Shown in pieces: positions 19,575-29,700 of a DNA stretch of 64,000 nt. The first letter of the stretch is position 1. Each line of letters starts with the position of its first letter. The notes below the pieces were generated by a model. It worked only from the letters and a program-made list of their open reading frames with translations. It made no database searches and was not told where the DNA came from. Source of the stretch: a virus; the IMG/VR virus record IMGVR_UViG_3300047560_000195, positions 2,623 through 66,622 of that record. One strand, given 5' to 3'. Position numbers and translations under genes: made by a program.

Positions 19575-21056
19575 TTATGCAGGCATCATCTTGGCGGGTC
19601 TAATCTGTCTACCTTGTGACTTACGACCCGTGCGTGCTTTACGTACTCTGTCCATCATAGAGTAGAGCTGCTTCGCACCTGCGTCGGTGGACCCGTTGCC
19701 AAGGTGACTTACTACATCAGCTGGAACTACAAACTCACCCTGAGCTAGACGAGCCGGACGCTTACCTGCAATAGAAGCAGGGATAGAATCACTCATCCCA
19801 TCACCCGGACCATCGGTCATCTGCCCACCATCAGAGTAACTACCAAGATCAGCAATGCCGCCTCCAGCCATACCGGGTAACCCACTAGTAGCCATACCGG
19901 GAAGCTGTGGGGGAGCGGTGCCCATCTGCGTCTGGTCTTCAAGATCGCCATAAATGTATTTCCCAATAACAGGAGGAATAGCGCCTGGAGTATTCTGAAG
20001 AACTGATTTACCTACTGGATCCATATCAAGGAGGGGACCTAAAAATCCTCCTTTAGCAAAATGGGCTAAAGGTTCACCCGTCAAAGGATTGGTAGCAGGT
20101 TCATAACTAGCCGCTGCCTGCTGTGCACTAGTAGGCATCTGAGAAGGGGTAGAGTAAAAATTAAGTTTCTGCTGACTCGTTGGGTAAGCATCGGACCCCA
20201 TGAAATCGACTTTGGCAGGGCCAGAAGACATCATATCTGGGTTAGGGTTCAGGGAAGCAACGCCCCCTTCTGCGTAATTAGCAGGTTGAATGTACGTAGG
20301 ACGATTGGGTGTAAAGGTCCTAGGATCAAACTTATAGTAAGAGAGCGGGTTCCACTGCCCAGACTGCCCATACGGATTGGACAAAGCATTAGGATTACTA
20401 GCCCCACCATACAGTCCACCTAAGCTGGATAGCTGTAGGAGCATCCCTTTATTCTTACTAAGAACATTAAGAGCGTTCTGCCATGCAGAAGGGTTGTTAG
20501 CTAAACCTTGCTGCCCTAATTGATTACCAACCGCTTGAAGTTCTTGATTCGTAAAGTTACTAGCGATCCCAGACCCAAGCTCAGGAGCGACTCCAGAAGA
20601 AATCAAACCACTTCCAGTTAGGTTGCTACCAACTCCTGACAAAAGGGAACCTTCTCCCATGACGTTAGCGCCACTAAGAGAAGACGAAATGGCTGGGTTC
20701 AGAGCATTTTCACCAATACCACCAAAAGTACCTACACCAAGATCCCCAAATAATTCACCAGCTCCAGTCATTCCAGCGCTGGTAACTTCGCTACCAATAG
20801 CAGGTGCAACGGAGGATCCTAAAGCTCCAGCGGCTTCTGTTCCAACACCGGCAGCAGCGCCTTCAGCGCCACCAAGCAGCCCACCAACTCCACCACCAGC
20901 AACACCACCAATACCGCCAGTAAGAGCGCCACCAATGGCTCCCATAGCGGCTCCTTTACCAACATCACCACCGGACATAGCCGAGCTAGCAGCGCCAATA
21001 CCGGCACCGGCTACGGCCCCAACTCCGATGACGATAGCAATATCAATAAAGCTCAT
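19575..21056 (-). CDS. Putative ejection protein with Gly-rich hydrophobic N-terminus
   Basis: N-terminal glycine-zipper segments; repeated [YFM]AxGG; C-terminal GPGDGMSDSIPA..RLAQGEFVVPADVV domain. Confidence 0.65.
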   Translation of the reverse strand: MSFIDIAIVIGVGAVAGAGIGAASSAMSGGDVGKGAAMGAIGGALTGGIGGVAGGGVGGLLGGAEGAAAGVGTEAAGALGSSVAPAIGSEVTSAGMTGAGELFGDLGVGTFGGIGENALNPAISSSLSGANVMGEGSLLSGVGSNLTGSGLISSGVAPELGSGIASNFTNQELQAVGNQLGQQGLANNPSAWQNALNVLSKNKGMLLQLSSLGGLYGGASNPNALSNPYGQSGQWNPLSYYKFDPRTFTPNRPTYIQPANYAEGGVASLNPNPDMMSSGPAKVDFMGSDAYPTSQQKLNFYSTPSQMPTSAQQAAASYEPATNPLTGEPLAHFAKGGFLGPLLDMDPVGKSVLQNTPGAIPPVIGKYIYGDLEDQTQMGTAPPQLPGMATSGLPGMAGGGIADLGSYSDGGQMTDGPGDGMSDSIPASIAGKRPARLAQGEFVVPADVVSHLGNGSTDAGAKQLYSMMDRVRKARTGRKSQGRQIRPAKMMPA

Positions 21057-21859
21057 AGGGCTTTCTCCAAAAATTGCGCGGCAGCTATGCTGGCCTTACG
21101 TGCGAGTCTATAACACACGGTAATTTCCTGATCGGCTCCGATGTCCCGAAGCGCGTAGGCGTCCATGCCACCTTTAGTTGAAGGTCTGAATTCACAGTTA
21201 GGGTTAACACTGTGGTTCGTATACCTACCGATAAGAGTACGCATGGGTCCAATGCGAGCTACACCAATCTTTTCACCTGCGGCTATATCGCCATTAGCGA
21301 AAACGCCGTCCCCTTGAATTTTAGAAGGGCTGATACGTATCTTAGCTACATCAGCAGGGGCATCAATCTGAGTCCTAGGGTTCTCAGAGATTAACCGAGC
21401 CATTTTCTCGTTCATGTTGTACTCAAGGAGTACACGCTTGTAGTCTTCCTGATCTACTTCTTCAGGCGTATCACAAACAAGCTGAGCTTCAATTGCAGCG
21501 AGTTCCTGCTCTTTACAAGCATGGACGGTAACCCATTCAACGTCAGTGTGGGCGTAGACAGCTCTCCACGTACCGGGCTTCGTGATAAATACCGCTGGAG
21601 CAACAACTTCTGTCTTAACACCGTTCTCGTCTACTACTGTGCAGGATCCCTTAAGTGCGATCGTAATATGTTCGGACTTGTGAACCTTGGTTACGATAGC
21701 TGTGTCAGCATCAACAAAAATACGACGCCCGTACAGGTCGGGCGTATGGTAATGCTCAAGTGGGGGATCTACTTGTTTAAGCTCCCCAGAATCAATAGCC
21801 TCAGCCATGGTAGCCTTAAATTCAGATAACGTAACTCTAGGTTTTTGAACAGCATTCAT
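21053..21859 (-). CDS. Cupin-like plus SET-domain lysine methyltransferase fusion
   Basis: C-terminal SKIQGDGVFA, GRYTNHSVNPN, RDIGADQEITVCY SET motifs; N-terminal cupin-like H..KVHKSEH..KPG..VH. Confidence 0.8.
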   Translation of the reverse strand: MNAVQKPRVTLSEFKATMAEAIDSGELKQVDPPLEHYHTPDLYGRRIFVDADTAIVTKVHKSEHITIALKGSCTVVDENGVKTEVVAPAVFITKPGTWRAVYAHTDVEWVTVHACKEQELAAIEAQLVCDTPEEVDQEDYKRVLLEYNMNEKMARLISENPRTQIDAPADVAKIRISPSKIQGDGVFANGDIAAGEKIGVARIGPMRTLIGRYTNHSVNPNCEFRPSTKGGMDAYALRDIGADQEITVCYRLARKASIAAAQFLEKAL

Positions 21860-21865
21860 AGGCTG

Positions 21866-21894
21866 ATGCTACCATTTATAAGGGGTCAGTACAA
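21866..21894 (-). promoter_or_regulatory. Internal sigma70 promoter, probably giving a leaderless cupin-SET mRNA
   Basis: TTGTAC-17 nt-TAGCAT (with TG extension), 6 nt before the ATG; no SD. Confidence 0.45.
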
Positions 21895-21897
21895 AGG

Positions 21898-22188
21898 TCA
21901 AACCGTTGCTCCTGTGGCGTCTACCCAGTTACCGTCGTACCACCAAATAGGTATACCCAAGGTGGTGTCAAAATAAAAAAGACCGTTACGTAATCCATTA
22001 GTAGGACGGTCTTCTGTGATACCTGAAGAAGGTATCTGTACGCCAAGGGTAAAGTTGTCTATCTGGTTGAAGTACAGCCTTAAAGCATTCAACAACTGAT
22101 CCAGATACGCTTGGCTATAGGCAACCGGAGCGATCAGAAGGTTAGGAGCCTTTGTATTCCTAAGCGCAGTATTCTTAACTTGGGTCAT
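21898..22188 (-). CDS. Small tail-associated protein
   Basis: APNLLIAP..Y...LRLYFNQID pattern following nozzle genes; FDTTLGIPIWW.G..WVDATG. Confidence 0.6.
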   Translation of the reverse strand: MTQVKNTALRNTKAPNLLIAPVAYSQAYLDQLLNALRLYFNQIDNFTLGVQIPSSGITEDRPTNGLRNGLFYFDTTLGIPIWWYDGNWVDATGATV

Positions 22189-22190
22189 GG

Positions 22191-24545
22191 CTACCTTCTA
22201 CCGTCAGGTCTGATGTCGATACGAGGACTACCAAGCTGCCAAGCCACACCTATATCTGTTGACTCAATCCGGAAGCTCATCTGACGACCACGAAGACGGG
22301 TATACACCTGCCCATCAAACTGCTGCACCGTGTACTGAGGTATGCGGCTGTAATTCTGAGAGCTTGCGACCGTTGGATTATCGGCTGGCCCATACGGAGT
22401 ACCCGAGTTCTGTCTTGGCTTTACCGTCATGGTTACAGACGGTTGGTTAACAGAAGATCCGTTGAAGTTTACGTCAGGCAAGATACGCCATACGAACCCG
22501 AAGTTATGCCCATCACCAATGTCAAAATCAGAAGATTGAACATATGCATTGATAGGTAGAGCGGTTGACGTAGAGTTATCGTCATTACCATTTTCGTGAT
22601 ACAGGAGTCTACCGTTGTAGTCCGCAGCGATTGGGTAGGGTTGCGTACCAGATTGAATCCAAGCTGATCGATTAATAGTCCCGTAGTACCATACACGGTC
22701 GAGGTAATTGTAAACAACATACCTGTCGATAGTAGTACCCTCACCACTAATACTTACGTAGAACCACCAGACTTCATTGAAAGCGTTGTTGGTTCCGCAA
22801 ACAACTTGGTAGGCTTGGTCTAGGTTAATGTCAGCAAAAATATACTGACGCAAGGCACAAGGGAGAACTTCGACACGACCTGAATACATGTAGAAACGGT
22901 CACGCCCCATCCAGAATGTAACGTTGTTACACGTAATCATACTGTTAGGAGACATCACGGAGATGTTGTCCATGATGATCTGGAAGCCCCATACGTAAGG
23001 AGACCCCACGTACTGCATGGAATAAAGGCACGAATCAGTCCACACCAAGATTTCTTGGCGAGTCGTTTGAGCCGCCATGATGTAGGAACCGTTAGTCAGC
23101 TGGTACTCACCAGACTGATTGGTGATCTGCGGTACCCATTGGTATGGGTTAGCCTGATCTGACCATCTGACCAGAAGAGGGTTAAAGTCAGTAGCTGGAT
23201 CATTTGGGACATAGTTGTTAGACCCAAACGCAATCACGAACTCCTGAATAGAAGACGCGATAACTTGGTACGTTGCGACCGGGGCAAAGTCCCCAGCGTA
23301 GGAGAAAGCATAAGTTCCAGAGCTAGGGGCAGTAGTAGTAGTCGCTGCAAGAGTGGTAGCATCTACGATCGGTACCGTAGTACTTCCGGTTACATAGGAT
23401 GGGCTAACCATAGTGTTAGCGGGAATACCTGCCCCAGTGATCCGCATGTACGGATAAATAAACTGAGAATTAGGCGACGTAACGGTGATTGAAGTGACGC
23501 CCGATAGGAATGTACAGCTATCCGTAAGAGACGTAGCAGCGTTGGCTAAATCTATTAGTGATTGTGCTCTTACGGCAATAGTCAAATCATCCTGCCAATA
23601 ATAGATTGGGCCGCCACGGGGGGCTAAAACTAGGTTAGCTCCGAAGTTATCACTAGACCAAAGTCGAATTTGTTCTCCAAGGGAACTACTCGCATTGTAA
23701 GGAGTGCCCCATCCATGGGCCCAAGGATCAGAAGCGGAACCAGCATTCCAAGGACCAGCGCCCCAACCAAGTCCGGGGCTGAATACGGCAAGTCCTACCG
23801 GATATTCATACTGAATAGTGGTAGCGCCGCCACCGGTGGCGGCAGAAGTAGCTGCCGTAGTAGCTACGATCGTATATGTAGTAGCGGATATAATGCTTTG
23901 GATTTGATAATTGCCAGAAATAGATATGCCTCCAACAGTGGAAGCACTAACTATGTCTACAAAATCGCCTTTAGAAGGAGAATAAGAAGCATCAAGTACA
24001 CTTACGGTCAACGCGCCTACAGGAGTACCCAATGCGTGATTAGCTGCGGTAGTACCATTGTATCCTCGTACTAATCCGGTCAAATTATTACCGTTAATCC
24101 CGGTGTAAAGTATCTGCTCAGAATTAAGTAAGACGACGCCACCTATAGTAGGAAATGACGATGCATTAGTAAGCGATAGCGTAGTGCCCGTAGTAGACAG
24201 TGAGTTGGACAACGATGCGTATGAAGTACTAAACGGTCCTGAAAGGATGCTAGTGTGTACGATCGGGGTTATATTGTTGAAATCCCCACCGAAGTAAATG
24301 TAGTACTTGAGGTTCGTACCCACGCCAATGTAGGTAGCGCCAGCTCCAAGATCCCCGTCCAACCATACCCAAAGATCACGGCAAACGCCTTGAAACTGAG
24401 CGCCAGATAATTGAGCCCACCCACCAATCTTCTCAGGGAAACCTGAACGGAACCTGATCTTATCTCCGTCGTACCAACCACCTTCGTTTGAGTAGTCAGT
24501 ACCTTCTCGGTTTAGCCCCGCTCGAAACTGGAGTTTTTGAAGCAC
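22191..24545 (-). CDS. Tail nozzle/stabilisation protein (beta-propeller-like)
   Basis: RFRSGFPEKIGGW, LVRWSDQ, NEVWWFY, RLRGRQ, C-terminal RPDGRR; located before ejection genes. Confidence 0.75.
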   Translation of the reverse strand: MLQKLQFRAGLNREGTDYSNEGGWYDGDKIRFRSGFPEKIGGWAQLSGAQFQGVCRDLWVWLDGDLGAGATYIGVGTNLKYYIYFGGDFNNITPIVHTSILSGPFSTSYASLSNSLSTTGTTLSLTNASSFPTIGGVVLLNSEQILYTGINGNNLTGLVRGYNGTTAANHALGTPVGALTVSVLDASYSPSKGDFVDIVSASTVGGISISGNYQIQSIISATTYTIVATTAATSAATGGGATTIQYEYPVGLAVFSPGLGWGAGPWNAGSASDPWAHGWGTPYNASSSLGEQIRLWSSDNFGANLVLAPRGGPIYYWQDDLTIAVRAQSLIDLANAATSLTDSCTFLSGVTSITVTSPNSQFIYPYMRITGAGIPANTMVSPSYVTGSTTVPIVDATTLAATTTTAPSSGTYAFSYAGDFAPVATYQVIASSIQEFVIAFGSNNYVPNDPATDFNPLLVRWSDQANPYQWVPQITNQSGEYQLTNGSYIMAAQTTRQEILVWTDSCLYSMQYVGSPYVWGFQIIMDNISVMSPNSMITCNNVTFWMGRDRFYMYSGRVEVLPCALRQYIFADINLDQAYQVVCGTNNAFNEVWWFYVSISGEGTTIDRYVVYNYLDRVWYYGTINRSAWIQSGTQPYPIAADYNGRLLYHENGNDDNSTSTALPINAYVQSSDFDIGDGHNFGFVWRILPDVNFNGSSVNQPSVTMTVKPRQNSGTPYGPADNPTVASSQNYSRIPQYTVQQFDGQVYTRLRGRQMSFRIESTDIGVAWQLGSPRIDIRPDGRR

Positions 24546-24556
24546 TATTGGTCTCC

Positions 24557-24982
24557 TTACGGAAGCTTGGCAATTTGAAAGTGCATCCCATCTGGTTTAG
24601 ACCATGTACCGCCCCAGTCAAGTCCGGCATCGGTAAAGCACTTCACAAGTTCTGGTGACATAGTAGGCTTTTTCCCAAAACCATTCCATGCTGCATTAAA
24701 GTCGATCGCCAAACCCCACGAATGCAGAGACATTGACGTAGCGCCGCGCTTCTTGCGGATGTTAAAACATCCATCCCAAGTCTTGACCTGCGAGGCAAGA
24801 CCACGTTCATTCACATTCTTAAATGCCACTTCGAGAAGCGGCTTTAAATCCTTGTTACAGTAAACCCTCTTAGGGATAGCGCCATGTTCGCAACATGCTG
24901 GTACATCCCAAACGATCATGAACTTACCTTCATTCGTAGAAGGGTCGCCATAACGCGCAAAGCACTCTTTAGATGTAACCAC
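24557..24982 (-). CDS. Endolysin, peptidase M15 (L-Ala-D-Glu-type)
   Basis: GCFNIR, SLHSWGLAID, WGGTW..DGMHFQ. Confidence 0.85.
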   Translation of the reverse strand: MVTSKECFARYGDPSTNEGKFMIVWDVPACCEHGAIPKRVYCNKDLKPLLEVAFKNVNERGLASQVKTWDGCFNIRKKRGATSMSLHSWGLAIDFNAAWNGFGKKPTMSPELVKCFTDAGLDWGGTWSKPDGMHFQIAKLP

Positions 24983-24983
24983 G

Positions 24984-25727
24984 TTAGTTATACCTAATCA
25001 TGTAGTACACGCCGGTTATAGGGTTAGGTATATTGGGTAAGTTGAACGTAGTAGACCCATCTCCAGAACCAAAAGTAATGCCTATCAAGGCAAACAAGTT
25101 CGAATAAGCCCCACGCGATATAGCTTGCCCGTTACATAACAAAAATCCAGCGGGTAATGAACTACTAGGGTACGCCATAATACAGCCAATAGGAACAATA
25201 TTGGTAGACCCAATAACTGTAACGTCTCCGACAACGTTAAAGTCCCCGATAACTTCAGAGTTTCCCGCTACGTAAGAATTTCCTGTTACTTCTAGATTGC
25301 CTAGAACCGCAAAATCCCCAGAACTACACGTAGATCCGGAAAAGAAATCTGTGCCATCACCGTAAATAACCGTGGCGTACCCGTTAGGTATAGTTACTAT
25401 GGCCCCTCCAGACCCACCAAACGTAATATCATGTCCACCAACCGTGTTGTTAGCAACGATGTAAATTTTAGGCTCCATAGGAGCTATGATCTGATAAGTA
25501 CTTGATATCGTACCCGACGCTACTATAACCATGTTTCTGGCTTCGTCAGAAGCACCGGAAAGATTCGTAAGCGTGTGGTTGGCGTTTGTCATGGTGATGT
25601 ACTGCACCCCGGCAACCGCCTGTTCAATAAGAGTCCAGTTGGTATTTGTAGTAGTACCCCATGTACCAGATTGGTCACCATTACCCATCTCTGTGATTCG
25701 CAGGCTAGGCGTGTAAGTAGAAGTCAT
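24984..25727 (-). CDS. Short tail fibre with tail-collar domain
   Basis: GDQSGTWGTTTN N-terminus; PIGCIMAY..PAGFLLCNGQAISR..Y..LF..IG..GDGSTTFNLP collar. Confidence 0.8.
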   Translation of the reverse strand: MTSTYTPSLRITEMGNGDQSGTWGTTTNTNWTLIEQAVAGVQYITMTNANHTLTNLSGASDEARNMVIVASGTISSTYQIIAPMEPKIYIVANNTVGGHDITFGGSGGAIVTIPNGYATVIYGDGTDFFSGSTCSSGDFAVLGNLEVTGNSYVAGNSEVIGDFNVVGDVTVIGSTNIVPIGCIMAYPSSSLPAGFLLCNGQAISRGAYSNLFALIGITFGSGDGSTTFNLPNIPNPITGVYYMIRYN

Positions 25728-25734
25728 AGCTCAC

Positions 25735-26796
25735 CTAATTGTTAATGATGTCTTTCCAACCCGGATCGACGATTACGTTACCACCTACAAACCCACTAAA
25801 CGGAATGGCACCAAATGCAGCGCCACCAAGCATTAATCCAACATCGTTACGAGGTGAGTAAATATCCGTGTTGATCGGTGTCCAACCGACAATTATAGGG
25901 TAATGAAAATATGGAATTAAGTCCTGAATAGAAACGTTTTCAGTAGTTTGCGTTGCAAATGAAGCGACGATTGCACCGTAGTCTATTACATTTAAATTTT
26001 CTGACTTAGTTACCTTATACCCTATGTTTACCGTAACGCTATCCGTAGCAATGCTATTTTCTGTAATGGGTATTTTGTATGCAGTTATTTCAGACGTAGA
26101 ATAGGCGGTAGCAAAATTTTCCGTTATAAAGAACGCATATCCTTCTTCTTCGTAACTAGAATTGTCTAGTAAAATATTCTCACTAATACTTACCGCAAAC
26201 CCTTCACCTGCAACATTATTGTTATCCGCAACAATATTCTCGGTTAACCCACTAACAAAACCAGCGACTACAGAAAGAATGTCTTCTTCAGACGTATTCT
26301 CAGTAACGTTAAACGAATAGCCAATCGAACCTGAGCTAAAGTCTGCTACATCAGTAGCGTCCGTTACATCAAGTAGATAATCAGTAAGCTGAGTATTGTA
26401 CTCGTCAGAGGTAAAGTCTTCCGTAACACTAACGCCGTAGGAGGTAATTTCTAAATTAGCGTTGTCTACAGAAAAATCCTCATATACATACGCTACTAAC
26501 TGAGTAGATGTTTCTCGTATGTCTACTGATTCAAAATCATCAGTAACGCTTATTATATAAGCTATACCGATAGTGCTGGGAGAATCAGCCTCTACATTTT
26601 CCGTAATGGAAGACTGGAAAGCGTAAGTAGCAGATAAAGAAGACGCCGAAGTAAAACCATCAGTAAAGCTAGCTGTAAAGACTAACCCGCCTACTGGCGT
26701 AGCAGCTAAACCGGTATTTTCAGATACCGCTAAAGTGTAGATAGCCGAAGCAAGGGAACCAAACGGGGCTTGAGAAAGCGCGGATAAACCAAGCAT
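25735..26796 (-). CDS. Acidic 20-aa-repeat fibre-like structural protein
   Basis: 13 gap-free 20-residue repeats starting [VIL]T[ED][ND]; in tail module. Confidence 0.65.
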   Translation of the reverse strand: MLGLSALSQAPFGSLASAIYTLAVSENTGLAATPVGGLVFTASFTDGFTSASSLSATYAFQSSITENVEADSPSTIGIAYIISVTDDFESVDIRETSTQLVAYVYEDFSVDNANLEITSYGVSVTEDFTSDEYNTQLTDYLLDVTDATDVADFSSGSIGYSFNVTENTSEEDILSVVAGFVSGLTENIVADNNNVAGEGFAVSISENILLDNSSYEEEGYAFFITENFATAYSTSEITAYKIPITENSIATDSVTVNIGYKVTKSENLNVIDYGAIVASFATQTTENVSIQDLIPYFHYPIIVGWTPINTDIYSPRNDVGLMLGGAAFGAIPFSGFVGGNVIVDPGWKDIINN

Positions 26797-26820
26797 AGTT
26801 AACCTCTAGCCCCTTTTTAA

Positions 26821-26994
26821 TTAGCCTTTCTTGATTACATAAATCAAACCAAACACGCTAGCACCGACTTCGGCTACCTTATCAGCGATCTCAGGATTAA
26901 GAGACGAGCTGACAGCAGTAGCAATCACTGTAAATCCTTGCCAAGTAGATGGTTCTTTTAGTCTATCTAATGCCCAAGACAGAAATAGTTTCAT
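26821..26994 (-). CDS. Putative holin, 57 aa (not in ORF track)
   Basis: MKLFLSWALDRLKEPSTWQGFTVIATAVSSSLNPEIADKVAEVGASVFGLIYVIKKG; GAGG RBS; two hydrophobic segments, basic tail. Confidence 0.65.
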   Translation of the reverse strand: MKLFLSWALDRLKEPSTWQGFTVIATAVSSSLNPEIADKVAEVGASVFGLIYVIKKG

Positions 26995-27004
26995 GTTGAC
27001 CTCG

Positions 27005-27481
27005 TTATGGAGCTGGCCGCCAATCCGGTAACGGCTCAGTAGGCCACGGATCTACTAACGTAGAAGGTGGATTAACTGCGATAGCTCTTATTGCCGACCT
27101 ATATGTCAAAAAAGCGTCCTGATTTGCCAAGTAAGGATTGGAATAAACCGGATTAGAAATATCCACAGTAGCGGCCCAATCAGTTAATTGTAGGCGATTT
27201 ATAGCCTCACCATTATTTTGATCTCTAATTTGTTCAGGAGTAAAGGGTGGAGGTGGTGGCGGATTTGCCGCTTCATTCCATGCGATTTCGGCATTTAAAG
27301 CCCAATCGGGAAGTACATCGATGTTTTCATTGGGCGTATCGTCCTTATACTCAATGTTACCGTATGTTTCGTACCATTGGAGTGCATGCACATTCTCGGG
27401 TGTACCCTGCCAAGTAAGGCCGGAATAACAAACCCCATTTTCATAAACAGCGCCATCAGGAACTATAATAGTAAGTTTCAT
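27005..27481 (-). CDS. Tail fibre assembly chaperone-like protein
   Basis: VHALQW..G.IE; RLQLTDW..YRSAIRAI..WP.EP pattern. Confidence 0.65.
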   Translation of the reverse strand: MKLTIIVPDGAVYENGVCYSGLTWQGTPENVHALQWYETYGNIEYKDDTPNENIDVLPDWALNAEIAWNEAANPPPPPPFTPEQIRDQNNGEAINRLQLTDWAATVDISNPVYSNPYLANQDAFLTYRSAIRAIAVNPPSTLVDPWPTEPLPDWRPAP

Positions 27482-27804
27482 TTGGATGCCTCAATAAATT
27501 TGATATCAGGATTAACTTCCTGAACGGTGGCTAACAAAATCTGTTGGCTCATTTCGTTAGCCTTTACCATTTCATTTCTAAATGATTCCACCGCAGCGCC
27601 AGTTTGTCTTTGCATACCAGAATTTTCTATCAGCAGACGCGGCATAAGCTTCATACTGCATTCCCAATGGTCAATATCATCGCCTGTATTTATGTCATAA
27701 CCTCTGACATAAGAATACCAAGCGCAACGATAAATCTTTCCGTCCTTAGCTTCTTCGCATTTAGCTCCTAATGGGCAGAACGTTTCTACAGATAAAGAAG
27801 CCAT
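27478..27804 (-). CDS. Cys-rich fibre-associated hypothetical protein
   Basis: CPL..C..CAWY..WEC..LLIEN..TGAAVESFRNEMV; coupled to fibre gene. Confidence 0.6.
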   Translation of the reverse strand: MASLSVETFCPLGAKCEEAKDGKIYRCAWYSYVRGYDINTGDDIDHWECSMKLMPRLLIENSGMQRQTGAAVESFRNEMVKANEMSQQILLATVQEVNPDIKFIEASK

Positions 27805-29072
27805 TAGTCTTTAGAGCACATAATGTTGTCGAGATACTTAACCGCTAGGTTAATAGCCGCTCCCGAAAAGGAATGGTTATGAGATCCGCCGCCACCTTGT
27901 GACGCCACGTTAAACGGTGAATTAATTCCTACACCAGCATAATAGTCACCTACTTTGGTTGAGACACCTGAGTATGGTATTGGTCCACCCCCGCCAGCGG
28001 GAGAATTAAACGTCATATTACCGTAGTGGTTATGGCTTGGAATTTCATACGTAGATAAAGTAAACCCACCTACCGTTCCTGAAGTAGCCTGCGAAGCAAA
28101 CGCTGTAGTGAACCCTACGGATCCACCTGTTCCACCACCTGTACCACTTACGATACGTATAGCCGCATCATTATTGGTAGTTACTTTAGTCCAATTAGTA
28201 GGCGCAGCAGCTTGAAAAAAGTTAGTAACTGAGCCAGACGGTATGATGTCTGCGGTAGTTGCAACTGTACCATTCTTAGCTGGAAGAGTTAACGTATAGC
28301 TACTAGCTGTAGAAGCTGGAGATAGCGTTATTGTGCCCCCAGCGCCGGACTTAGCTCCAAAAGAAGAGGCGGTAGAAATTCCGTATACGGTAAAATCACC
28401 AGTACTAGGTTTAAATGTAAGATGTGTACTACTTACATATTCAGCCGTAATTGAGCCACCAGTAGTGGTAGTAAATACTGGATAATATGTAGATGCGGAA
28501 GTAGTATCGTCCGCAATAGTAATACCACCTAAAGAACTCCATCCCGGACTTGCGCCACTATAACCTTCAAACTGATTAGTAGTAGTGTTATACCGGAACA
28601 TACCCGTAGCCGGACTACCCGGCTGTTGACCAGTAGTACCCTTTGAAATCTGCACCGCACCGGTAGAGGTAAACGCAGAATCAGCCGTAGCGGTAAGAAC
28701 CGTAAAAGACCCAGCCGCAGGGGTGGTACCGCCGATTGCCGGAGGATACGCCAACGTATCAGTCGTAACAGCCTTACCAGCCGGGTAGGTAAGGAATACG
28801 TTTTGAACGCCAGTACTAAAGTTAACAATCAGGCCGCCATTGGACGAAGCAAGGATTGTCGTACGCGCTAAGGAAGCGGGAGAGGAAAAAGTACCTACTC
28901 CGACTTCCCAGTTGCTACCACTTTGGTCAGCTATAGTGTAGTAACAAGTATTACCATTACTTACTGCCGCATTGAAGGTCTGATATCCAGTAACAGCTCC
29001 TAAGAGCGTAACAGTACCTGACCCCGGACTAGAGCAAGTTTCTAATACCCTATCTTTAATGACTAACGCCAT
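27804..29072 (-). CDS. Tail fibre protein
   Basis: MALVIKDRVLET, WEVGVGT, GMFRYNTTTNQFEGY, IPSHNH and SHNH His motifs. Confidence 0.8.
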   Translation of the reverse strand: MALVIKDRVLETCSSPGSGTVTLLGAVTGYQTFNAAVSNGNTCYYTIADQSGSNWEVGVGTFSSPASLARTTILASSNGGLIVNFSTGVQNVFLTYPAGKAVTTDTLAYPPAIGGTTPAAGSFTVLTATADSAFTSTGAVQISKGTTGQQPGSPATGMFRYNTTTNQFEGYSGASPGWSSLGGITIADDTTSASTYYPVFTTTTGGSITAEYVSSTHLTFKPSTGDFTVYGISTASSFGAKSGAGGTITLSPASTASSYTLTLPAKNGTVATTADIIPSGSVTNFFQAAAPTNWTKVTTNNDAAIRIVSGTGGGTGGSVGFTTAFASQATSGTVGGFTLSTYEIPSHNHYGNMTFNSPAGGGGPIPYSGVSTKVGDYYAGVGINSPFNVASQGGGGSHNHSFSGAAINLAVKYLDNIMCSKD

Positions 29073-29083
29073 TTAAGACCCCC

Positions 29084-29692
29084 TTAAGAAGTAGCGGTCG
29101 TGCTGTACGTAACAGTAATCGTATCGCCAGCGGTGGTCACCTTAGAAGCGGTGAAATTACCTTCGCTGTAGAGCGTACCTGCGGTAGAACTCTGTGTATT
29201 AACAGCACCGGTACCGAGAACCAAAAAACAGCCATACACAGTGCCACCAGCCCCAGTAATTAAGTAGGTAACAGAAGCCCCGGTGGAAGTAGTTACGTTA
29301 GAAGGGGTAGCACCAGAAGACGTGGCTGACCCAAACGTAACAGTGCCGCGAACATTCGTTCCGCCTACCGTATAGTTAGTGAACTCAGCTGCATTAGTAG
29401 ATACGAGCGTTGTCATCGTATCCGTAGCCGCTGGGGTAAGGCTCTGATTGGTAAGACCAAGGAAAGGACCGGTAACTGAATAACCACTGCCCTTAAGGAA
29501 GGTGTCCAACATAAGCTGCTTACCAGCTGCAACAACCAGATTGGGGAAACCATCTTCCCACTTCAGATTGCCGTCCTTATCGTGGCATACGACATGAAAG
29601 TGACCGTGTACACCAAGGGTCTCATTACCTGCGGTGTACGCTTGCAGAGTAGCCTCAGCACGGTCACCAAAATTTGAAAGTTCTTTTTGCAT
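29084..29692 (-). CDS. Tail structural protein
   Basis: DKDGNLKWE..NLVV..G; GTLYS..F..GDTITVTY. Confidence 0.6.
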   Translation of the reverse strand: MQKELSNFGDRAEATLQAYTAGNETLGVHGHFHVVCHDKDGNLKWEDGFPNLVVAAGKQLMLDTFLKGSGYSVTGPFLGLTNQSLTPAATDTMTTLVSTNAAEFTNYTVGGTNVRGTVTFGSATSSGATPSNVTTSTGASVTYLITGAGGTVYGCFLVLGTGAVNTQSSTAGTLYSEGNFTASKVTTAGDTITVTYSTTATS

Positions 29693-29700
29693 AACTACTC

